Assembly: GCA_964537395.1 (NCBI GenBank)
Contig: CAZIBN010000004.1
Coordinates: forward strand, 2,115 to 66,114
Direction of reading: 5' to 3'
Length of the DNA stretch: 64,000 bases
From: an uncultured Elusimicrobia bacterium
GTDB taxonomy: Bacteria > Elusimicrobiota > Elusimicrobia > UBA1565 > UBA9628
Of the stretch, positions 57,226 through 64,000 are shown piece by piece (positions within the stretch are counted from its first letter, which is position 1; each line of letters begins with the position of its first letter). A program made the translations under genes and the position numbers. The notes under the pieces are model-generated. The model made no database searches. It saw only the letters and a program-made list of their open reading frames with translations, and was not told the origin of the DNA.

Positions 57226-58119
57226 GTGATCGACAAGGACGCAGCCGCGCGCCTCGAGGAGTACGCCCGCTACCTGAGCTTGGAGCGCGGGCTTTCCCCG
57301 CGCACGGTGTCAGCGTACCGCTCCGACATCGCCGTCTTCTTCGCCTGGGCGGGGGAGCGGAAGCTGGACACCCGCAAGGCGCAGCGGACCGATCTCGACG
57401 ACTTCTTGTGGACACAGCGCGAAAGAGGCTTGAAGCCGGCGTCTTTGTTCCGTAAGGTCGAATCGCTTAAATCATATTTCGCCTTCGAGACGCTCGAGGA
57501 GCGCCTGCCCGAAAGCCCGGCGGAGACCTTGCGCACGCCGCGCATCCCCGCGCGACTTCCTAAGTACTTAACTAAAGAAGAAGCGGCGCGTCTGCTTGCT
57601 GCGCCCAACACGGCGGACTACGAGGACGTTCGTGATCGCGCCATGCTCGAGCTTCTGTATGCCTCTGGCCTGCGCATCTCGGAGCTGGTGTCGCTGAAGC
57701 CTGAGTCGGCCAACCTGCAGGATGGCTGGGTGAAGGTGCTGGGAAAGGGGAACAAGGAGCGCATGGTCCCCGTTCATCCGCGCGCGCTCGCGGCCGTGCG
57801 CCTCTATCTCGCTGAGCGCGAGCGGCGCTTCAAGAGCCCGCCGGCGGAACTGTTCCTGGGCCGCACGGGGAAAAAATTGTCGCGGACTCAGTTTTGGCGC
57901 CGCCTCCGGGATCTCGGCGTTCGGGCCGGCATAAAACAGAAGCTGCATCCCCATCTTCTGCGCCACACCTTCGCGACCCATCTTCTGCAGGGCGGTGCGG
58001 ACCTGCGTTCCGTGCAGGAGATGCTCGGCCACGCCGACCTGGCCACGACGCAGATTTACACCCACCTTGACGCGTCGGCCCTCAAGGCCGCGCACGCCAA
58101 ACATCACCCTCGCGGATAA
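57226..58119 (+). CDS. xerD: tyrosine site-specific recombinase XerD/XerC
   Basis: 297 aa with GTG start. Carries YLSLERGLSPRTVSAYRSDI, ELLYASGLRISE and HLLRHTFATHLLQGGADLRSVQEMLGHADLATTQIYTH. Confidence 0.9.
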   Translation: MIDKDAAARLEEYARYLSLERGLSPRTVSAYRSDIAVFFAWAGERKLDTRKAQRTDLDDFLWTQRERGLKPASLFRKVESLKSYFAFETLEERLPESPAETLRTPRIPARLPKYLTKEEAARLLAAPNTADYEDVRDRAMLELLYASGLRISELVSLKPESANLQDGWVKVLGKGNKERMVPVHPRALAAVRLYLAERERRFKSPPAELFLGRTGKKLSRTQFWRRLRDLGVRAGIKQKLHPHLLRHTFATHLLQGGADLRSVQEMLGHADLATTQIYTHLDASALKAAHAKHHPRG

Positions 58120-58138
58120 GGGAAACTCAGGCTACACT

Positions 58139-58744
58139 ATGCCGATGAAGATTCTCGTCCTGATCCTGTGCTTGGCCGGCGTCGCGGCCGCAGCGGACTC
58201 CTCCGGCCCCGACGAGGCGACGCGCATCAAGATGGCCGAATACATGCTCAAGACGCCGATGAACGAGGCCGATCCCACCTTGGTCTCCGGATTCATGAAG
58301 CTCGATCCGGAGACCCTGCCCAAGAAGCTCCGCGACAAGGTGCGCGGCAAGCAGATGGAGATCGACGCGATCGTCAAGATCCACAACGGTAAGAAGAAGG
58401 GGCCGTTCCGGTTTCCTGCCGCCTGCGAGATCAAGCGCTATGAGGGTCCCGATGGAATCCGGATCATGGGGATGATCATGGGCAATGTGGAGATCTTGCC
58501 GGAGGAAGAGGAGTATCTCGAGCGGAAGGGCAACTGCACTGAGGAGCAACTGATCTGCGAGTTCTCGCTCAACATCGTCCTCATGAAGCGCCCCGGCAAG
58601 CCGCCTCTGAAGCGCTACTTCATGATGGAACTGGACCCGCTCATGGCCTGGGTGGCGGAGAAGCGCGGCGGCGGCGCCAGCGCCGGCAACCAATACTTCC
58701 AGGCGCTCAAGCCTTCCTGCCAGAAGCCCGCCGGCTCGCCTTAA
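58139..58744 (+). CDS. hypothetical exported protein (201 aa)
   Basis: Trimmed to MPMKILVLILCLAGVAAA (signal peptide). No recognisable family. Confidence 0.6.
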   Translation: MPMKILVLILCLAGVAAAADSSGPDEATRIKMAEYMLKTPMNEADPTLVSGFMKLDPETLPKKLRDKVRGKQMEIDAIVKIHNGKKKGPFRFPAACEIKRYEGPDGIRIMGMIMGNVEILPEEEEYLERKGNCTEEQLICEFSLNIVLMKRPGKPPLKRYFMMELDPLMAWVAEKRGGGASAGNQYFQALKPSCQKPAGSP

Positions 58745-58785
58745 GTTATCCCCCGACTTTCAACGTTGAAAGTCCTGGGGATAAC
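58745..58785. repeat. Palindromic element copy 2
   Basis: GTTATCCCCCGACTTTCAACGTTGAAAGTCCTGGGGATAAC starts immediately after the TAA stop, between convergent genes. Confidence 0.8.
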
Positions 58786-58799
58786 TTCCGCGACCGATC

Positions 58800-60149
58800 T
58801 CAGCTGACTTTGGAGACGACCATCGCTCCGCCCATGCCGCCGCCCGCGCACGCCGCGAGCATCCCATTGCGGCCCTTCGGGTTGTTCTTGAGCGCGTGCA
58901 CGAGGTTGAGCATGAGCCGCGCGCCGGTGGCGCCGAGGGGATGTCCGACCGCGAGCGAGCCGCCGTTGGGGTTCATCGCGCCGGACTTGTTCTTGGCGTC
59001 CCAGTCGTGGCCGAACTTGGACTTGCCGAGCTTGAAGATGGAGAGGACGGTCGCGGCGAAAGGCTCGTGCAGCTCGATCTGGTCGAGGTCCTCGAACTTG
59101 ATGCCGGCGCGCTTGAGCGCCGTCGGGGCGGCCAGCGCGGGAGAGACTCCCATGTGCGCCGGGTTGTTGCCCTCGAAGCCCCAGCCCTTGATCTCAGCGA
59201 GCACCTCGAGGCCGAGCTCCTTGGCCTTGCTCGCGGTGGTGACGATCACGGCGGCCGCGCCGTCGGAGCGGCCGCAGGAGTTGAACAAGGTGACCGTTCC
59301 CGTCACGCCCTCCTGATACTTCTTGCCGTCGAGGAATTGGCCGTAATCCTCGTAGAACTTCGAGATCGGGTAGCTGGAGTTGTCGAACGCGGCGGGCGCC
59401 TTGGCGAACATCTTCGGCTTGTCGACGAGGTCCTCGCGCAGGAACGGGTACTCGTCCTTTTCGAGGATCGTCACGCCGTCGCGCACGACGGGCACGACGC
59501 TCGAATCGAAGAAGCCGGCCTTCCAGCCGGCCAAAGTGCGGCGGAAGCTCTCGCGCGCGTACTCATCCTGCTCGGCGCGGCTGACGCCGTAGATCTGAGC
59601 GCAGACCTCCGCGGTGGCGGCCATGTTGATGTGCTTGACGGGATCGGTCAGGCCCTGCTCCATCGCGTCGCAGATCGACACTTCCGGCGAGGTCGGCAGC
59701 TCGGCCCACTTCTCCTTGACGACCGTCAGCGAGCGCAGGGGCTTGGCGGCGCGGCTGCCGTCGATCGAGTAGGGAATGCGCGACATGACCTCGACGCCGC
59801 CCGCGAGATACACTTCGCCTTCGCCGGCCATGATCATCCGGCAGGCCGAGGCGATGGCCTCGATGGAGGAAACGCAGTTGTTCTGCACGGTCACGGCCTG
59901 GACCGTCTCGGGCAGGCCGGCGTTCAGCGCGGCGACGCGCGCGATGTTCGGCGCGGAGAAGGCCTGGCCGACCCAGCCGACGAGGACGCCGTCGACCTTG
60001 TCCTTGGAGAGCTTGGCGCGGGAGAGCGTGGCGGTGATCGCGTCGACCATGAGGTCTTCGGGTTTGATCCCCGCCAAGGATCGGGAGAAGTGCCCGATTA
60101 CCGTGCGGGCTCCGCCGGCGATGACGATGGTCTCTGATTTCGCGTTCAT
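58800..60149 (-). CDS. thiolase family protein (acetyl-CoA C-acyltransferase-like, 449 aa)
   Basis: Trimmed to MNAKSETIVIAGGART (GGAGGG Shine-Dalgarno 7 nt upstream). Carries VQNNCVSSIEA (Cys), GHPLGATGARL and CAGGGMGGAMVV. The rest of the 850-aa ORF is antisense to the glycosyltransferase gene. Confidence 0.88.
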   Translation of the reverse strand: MNAKSETIVIAGGARTVIGHFSRSLAGIKPEDLMVDAITATLSRAKLSKDKVDGVLVGWVGQAFSAPNIARVAALNAGLPETVQAVTVQNNCVSSIEAIASACRMIMAGEGEVYLAGGVEVMSRIPYSIDGSRAAKPLRSLTVVKEKWAELPTSPEVSICDAMEQGLTDPVKHINMAATAEVCAQIYGVSRAEQDEYARESFRRTLAGWKAGFFDSSVVPVVRDGVTILEKDEYPFLREDLVDKPKMFAKAPAAFDNSSYPISKFYEDYGQFLDGKKYQEGVTGTVTLFNSCGRSDGAAAVIVTTASKAKELGLEVLAEIKGWGFEGNNPAHMGVSPALAAPTALKRAGIKFEDLDQIELHEPFAATVLSIFKLGKSKFGHDWDAKNKSGAMNPNGGSLAVGHPLGATGARLMLNLVHALKNNPKGRNGMLAACAGGGMGGAMVVSKVS

Positions 60150-60170
60150 GATTACACCCTCCAAGGCAAA

Positions 60171-61526
60171 ATGGCTTGTCGCGAACATCATATAATAACG
60201 GCTGTGAAGCGGCTCGTATTCGTCGCCAGCCATGTCGGCTATCCTATGGACCGCACTCCCCTGGGCGGCGGCGCCATGGTGGGTCTGCAGCTCGTGCGCC
60301 ACTGGCAGACCGACGCGTCCTGGTCCCTGACGGTGCTCGGCTCCGGGCCCGAGGCGCCCAGCGGCGGCTGCGACTACCACCGCCTGGCCGAGCGCCCCGA
60401 GGGGCTCGTGGACCTGGGCGAGCTCGACTACGCGCGCTTCTGCCGTGACTTTGAGGCGGAAACCACGGAGTGGATCCTCGAGCGTGCGCGCGAGTACCCG
60501 CCGAAGGACACCGTGATCGTCGTCAACGACGTGTCCGAGGGGCCGACGCTCAAGAAGCTGGCCGCGGCGGGTTATCCAATCTTGTCGATCTGGCATGTCG
60601 ACGTCGTGGACTATTTCAACAAGCTCTATCTGCGCCGCATCGTGGCTCCGGAGAAGCTCACGAAGCTGCATGAGCGCATGCGCTCGTTCGGCTTCGACTG
60701 GATCCTGCCCGATGTCCTCAATCTTGTCTTCGAGAAGCAGCGGGAGACCGTCTTCCATTCGAAGCGGATGATCGTGCCCTCGCGCGCGATGGCGGACACC
60801 TTGATGCGTTGCTACGGCGATCTCATCGGCTATGAGGAGCTTTCCCGGCGGATCACGGTCGTGCCTTGGGGCGTGTGGTCGGACCCGGCGGGGGCGGCCG
60901 ACGAGAACCGGGCGGCCGAGCTTCGCGAGTACCACGAGATAGGGCCCGATTCGATGGTCCTGATGACGCTGTCGCGGATCTCTCCGGAGAAGGGCGTGCA
61001 TCTGCTCCTGGAGGCGCTGCGGCTTCTGGAGATGAACGGCCGGATCGCCGGCAAGGATATCCACATGTTCATCTGCGGGGAGCCGGCGTTCATGATGGGG
61101 CAGGCCTACGGACGAAAGGTCCGCGCCGCGGCGGCGAAGCTCAAGCAGGTCAAGGTCATCTTCCCCGGTTATCTCGATGCCGCCGCCAAACGCGCGTACT
61201 TCCAACTGGGAAACTTGTTCGTATCCCCGTCGATCCATGAAAGCTATGGATTGAATGTCGTCGAGGCCATGCACGCGGGCCTGCCGGTGCTCGCGAGCGA
61301 TCACTACGGTGTGCGCGATACCGTGCCGTCCGACGCGGGGCGGCTCGTCCATTATCCGACGCCGAAGAAGGCCCCGCCTCTGCTGGCCGCCGCACTTCTG
61401 GACATGATGGGTGACCCCGGCAAGCTCAAGAGGATGGGGGAGGCCGCGCGTGTCGCCGCGTCGGCGATGCCGTTCTCCTCGGCCGCCGACGCCGTGCGCC
61501 TGGCCGCGCTGGGGCTGATCCGATGA
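60171..61526 (+). CDS. GT4-type (family 1 fold) glycosyltransferase
   Basis: Carries the C-terminal ESYGLNVVEAMHAGLPVLAS (EX7E) motif. The start is uncertain: ATG at 60171, or GTG at 60204 lying 7 nt after TATAAT (60191-60196). Confidence 0.8.
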   Translation: MACREHHIITAVKRLVFVASHVGYPMDRTPLGGGAMVGLQLVRHWQTDASWSLTVLGSGPEAPSGGCDYHRLAERPEGLVDLGELDYARFCRDFEAETTEWILERAREYPPKDTVIVVNDVSEGPTLKKLAAAGYPILSIWHVDVVDYFNKLYLRRIVAPEKLTKLHERMRSFGFDWILPDVLNLVFEKQRETVFHSKRMIVPSRAMADTLMRCYGDLIGYEELSRRITVVPWGVWSDPAGAADENRAAELREYHEIGPDSMVLMTLSRISPEKGVHLLLEALRLLEMNGRIAGKDIHMFICGEPAFMMGQAYGRKVRAAAAKLKQVKVIFPGYLDAAAKRAYFQLGNLFVSPSIHESYGLNVVEAMHAGLPVLASDHYGVRDTVPSDAGRLVHYPTPKKAPPLLAAALLDMMGDPGKLKRMGEAARVAASAMPFSSAADAVRLAALGLIR

Positions 61527-61915
61527 AGCCCGGCCTGCGCGTCGGCATCACCGTGGATCTTCCCGCCCGCGTCGAGAAGCACATGCGGCCGCATCTCGAG
61601 GGGCTCGTGCGCCACCCGCTGTACGCGACCTGGGCCATGGTCTACCACATGGAGACCGCGGCACGCATGCTCCTGGCTCCCTATCTCGACGACGACGAGG
61701 AAGCCGTCGGAGGCGCGGTGCTCGTCAAGCACCTGCGCCCGGCCCGCATCGGCGCGCCGCTCCATATTTTTGCCAAGCTGGTGCGCATCCGGGGAAGCCG
61801 CGTCTTCGCGCGCACGGAGGTCCACAGCCGAGGGCGGAAGATCGGCGAGGGCTCGGTGCTTCAGGTCGTGATGCCGCGGACCCGATTCGCCAAGCTTCTT
61901 CTGGAGGCGCGCTGA
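61523..61915 (+). CDS. hotdog-fold thioesterase-like protein
   Basis: 130 aa. The pattern HPLYATWAMVYHMETAARML...VKHLRPARIGAPL resembles the fluoroacetyl-CoA-thioesterase-like hotdog subfamily. ATGA overlap with the glycosyltransferase gene. Confidence 0.65.
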   Translation: MKPGLRVGITVDLPARVEKHMRPHLEGLVRHPLYATWAMVYHMETAARMLLAPYLDDDEEAVGGAVLVKHLRPARIGAPLHIFAKLVRIRGSRVFARTEVHSRGRKIGEGSVLQVVMPRTRFAKLLLEAR

Positions 61916-62328
61916 TGGAAGGCTATAAGCTCGTCAGCGAGGTCCCGATCCGCTTCTCGGACACGGACGGCCTCGGGCATGTGAACAACGCGAACTACCT
62001 GAGCTTCCTCGAGGTCGCCCGCGTCGACTACCTTCACAAGGTCCTCGGCTGCGTCAACATCGCCGAGTTCGGGGTGATCATCGCCCGCATCGAGATCGAT
62101 TACAAGAGCCCCGCCCTTCATCACGAGAAGCTCCTCGTGGGCTGCCGCGTCTCGGAGATCGGCGGCGCCAGCATCACGATGGACTATCGCATCGAGGATA
62201 AGGTCTCAGGCCGCCTGGTGGCGCTGGCGAAGTCGGTGACGGTGTCCTTCGACTATGGTTTGAACAAGCCGGTTCGCGTGAGCGACGAATGGCGCAAGAA
62301 GATGGAGGATTTCGATGGCATCTCGTGA
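61915..62328 (+). CDS. acyl-CoA thioesterase, YbgC/4HBT family
   Basis: 137 aa. Carries [29 protein letters not shown]. Confidence 0.85.
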   Translation: MEGYKLVSEVPIRFSDTDGLGHVNNANYLSFLEVARVDYLHKVLGCVNIAEFGVIIARIEIDYKSPALHHEKLLVGCRVSEIGGASITMDYRIEDKVSGRLVALAKSVTVSFDYGLNKPVRVSDEWRKKMEDFDGIS

Positions 62329-63520
62329 CGTCGTCGCCGTGGCGGCCGTTCGGTCGGCCGTGGGCCGTTTGGGCGGAGGGCTGGCTGGGGTCAGGCCCGA
62401 CGACCTCGCCGGGAATGTGATCGCCGCGCTGATCAAAAAAGTCCCGGAGCTCGATCCCTCCGAGATCGCGGATGTTTATCTGGGCTGCGCCAATCAGGCC
62501 GGCGAGGACAACCGGAATATCGCGCGCATGGCCGCCTTGCTCGCGGGCCTGCCGTTCTCGGTGCCGGGTGCGACGGTCAACCGCCTGTGCGCCTCCGGCC
62601 TCGAGGCCATCAATACCGCCGCGCGCGCCATCCTGGCGGGCGAGGGGGACATCTATATCGCCGGCGGTGTGGAGAGCATGAGCCGCGCGCCCTACTCCCT
62701 GCCTAAGGCCGAGGCCGGCTACGCGTTCGGCAACCTGACGGCCTACGACACGGCTTTGGGCTGGCGCTATCCGAACAAGCGCCTGGCCGAGCTGTTCCCG
62801 CTCGAGGGCATGGGGGAGACCGCCGATAATGTCGCGGCGAAGTACGGCATCTCTCGCGGCGATCAGGATGCGTACGCTCTTGAGAGCCATCGTCGCGCGG
62901 CGAAGGCCCGCGACCTGGTGTTCTTCGAGGAGATCGTGCCTATTCCGGTGCCGCAGAAAAAAGGGCCGCACCTCGATTACGCCCGCGACGAGACCGTGCG
63001 CGAGGACACGACTCTCGAAAAGTTATCCAGCCTGAAGCCGGCGTTCCGCAAGGATGGGTCGGTGACCGCCGGGAACAGCTCCACCTTGAACGACGGGGCT
63101 TCCGCGATACTGTTGATGGACGCCAAAAAAGCGGCGTCGCTTGATCTTAAGCCGTTCGCGCGCTGGGTGGGCTCCGCGTCGGCGGGCGTCGAGCCTTCGT
63201 ACATGGGCATTGGTCCCGTGGCGGCGATCAATAAATTAACGGCACGCATCGGGTGGAAGATCGGGGAAGTGGATCTCGTGGAGATCAACGAGGCGTTCGC
63301 GGCGCAGGCACTCGCGTGTCAGAGAGAGCTCTCTATCGACGGCCTTAGATTAAATGTCAACGGCGGCGGCATCGCGCTCGGGCACCCTCTCGGGTCGTCG
63401 GGGTGCCGCATCGTCGTGACCTTGCTTCATGAGATGCGGCGTCGAAAGGCGAAGCGAGGCGTGGCCTCGTTGTGCATCGGCGTCGGCCAAGGCCTGGCGA
63501 CGGCCTGGGAAGCGGTCTAG
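62315..63520 (+). CDS. acetyl-CoA C-acetyltransferase / 3-ketoacyl-CoA thiolase
   Basis: 401 aa. Carries [30 protein letters not shown] and [10 protein letters not shown]. Confidence 0.92.
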   Translation: MASRDVVAVAAVRSAVGRLGGGLAGVRPDDLAGNVIAALIKKVPELDPSEIADVYLGCANQAGEDNRNIARMAALLAGLPFSVPGATVNRLCASGLEAINTAARAILAGEGDIYIAGGVESMSRAPYSLPKAEAGYAFGNLTAYDTALGWRYPNKRLAELFPLEGMGETADNVAAKYGISRGDQDAYALESHRRAAKARDLVFFEEIVPIPVPQKKGPHLDYARDETVREDTTLEKLSSLKPAFRKDGSVTAGNSSTLNDGASAILLMDAKKAASLDLKPFARWVGSASAGVEPSYMGIGPVAAINKLTARIGWKIGEVDLVEINEAFAAQALACQRELSIDGLRLNVNGGGIALGHPLGSSGCRIVVTLLHEMRRRKAKRGVASLCIGVGQGLATAWEAV

Positions 63521-63524
63521 ACCT

Positions 63525-64000
63525 ATGCTCGTGCTGTCGCGCGACGTCGCCTGGCTGACACGTCTGGAGCGTCTGGCGCTGCTCGGCGGTTGGCCGTTCG
63601 CGTCGCGTCCCGCGATGCCCGGCCCCGGGCTCACGCCGCCGCCGGAGCGCGCGCTCGCCGTGCTCGACCGCGCTCTCGCGGGGGCGGTTCCCAAAAAAGC
63701 CGTGTCGGCCTTGCGCGCGCTGTATCCGGGCGTGACGATCGTGCTCGCCTTCGACGCGAGCGAGATGGACCACGACGGGGTCACGGTCGCCGTTTCCTGC
63801 GGCGCGGACGAGGTGCTGGGAAAGTCCTGGCCCGATGGGAAGATCTCTCCGAAGCTCGCCGCCTTGCGTGACCGCGCTCTCGCCGCGCAGTCGCGGCTCA
63901 GCGCCGACGGCGCGCTCAAGGCGGAGTTGCGCGCGCATCGCGTCCACATCAAGACGCGGGGACGCTGGAAGGAGCTCCGGCTCGACGCGGGAGGATTTGC
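63525..64000 (+). CDS. hypothetical protein, 3' end outside window (weakly receiver-domain-like)
   Basis: The frame is open from ATG 63525 to the window end and is not in the ORF track because no stop is reached. Third codon positions are GC-rich. MLVLSRD...AVLDRAL...IVLAFDAS loosely resembles a degenerate response-regulator receiver. Confidence 0.5.
   Translation, partial: MLVLSRDVAWLTRLERLALLGGWPFASRPAMPGPGLTPPPERALAVLDRALAGAVPKKAVSALRALYPGVTIVLAFDASEMDHDGVTVAVSCGADEVLGKSWPDGKISPKLAALRDRALAAQSRLSADGALKAELRAHRVHIKTRGRWKELRLDAGGF

Noticed and set aside
57226-58119. Tyrosine recombinase as the integrase of a mobile element or prophage.
   Set aside because: Its size and motifs fit housekeeping XerC/XerD. 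It lies between recA and ordinary genes, with no tRNA attachment site, direct repeats, or phage or transposon genes nearby.
60150-61352. N-terminal 400 aa of the 850-aa minus-strand ORF 58800..61352, which would make a giant thiolase.
   Set aside because: The thiolase homology starts at MNAKSETIVIAGGART (60149), which has a GGAGGG Shine-Dalgarno. The extension is antisense to a glycosyltransferase gene with a clear EX7E motif and has junk-like composition.

Overview
High-GC (roughly 60-65% by eye), very compact bacterial chromosome segment that spans the replication origin. About 61 protein-coding genes tile almost the whole window, many with overlapping start and stop codons. I found no rRNA, tRNA, CRISPR array, transposase or prophage gene. 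The core is the block dnaA-dnaN-DUF721-gyrB-gyrA on the minus strand, diverging from hpf-hprK-rapZ-PTS(Man)-ptsH-ptsI-lepA-lepB on the plus strand. Perfect DnaA boxes and an AT-rich stretch lie between the two blocks at about 32.9 kb. Other housekeeping genes present are parAB, asd, serS, mazG, recA, xerD, clpC and galE. The accessory content that deserves a second look is: (1) an operon joining a deoxyhypusine-synthase-like gene, an HDAC/acetylpolyamine-amidohydrolase-like gene and an agmatinase-family gene to wecB and a radical SAM/SPASM gene, facing a methyltransferase, CgeB-like glycosyltransferase and flippase; (2) speE next to a eukaryote-type S-adenosylmethionine decarboxylase, plus a GlnA-like ligase; (3) an 821-aa fusion of two ATP-grasp ligase modules; (4) a secreted protein made of about 17 GER heptads; (5) an Rrf2 regulator with a quinol-type nitric oxide reductase; (6) a thiolase, GT4 glycosyltransferase, two hotdog thioesterases and a second thiolase in one cluster. 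At the DNA level there are two copies of a ~41-bp palindromic element, a 78-bp hairpin between gyrB and gyrA, a phased TCGAAC array in front of recA, a duplicated 19-mer in front of parA, and TAGAAT-type -10 boxes 5-9 nt from start codons, which suggests leaderless mRNAs. All functional calls come from motif recognition in the supplied translations. No database search was run.
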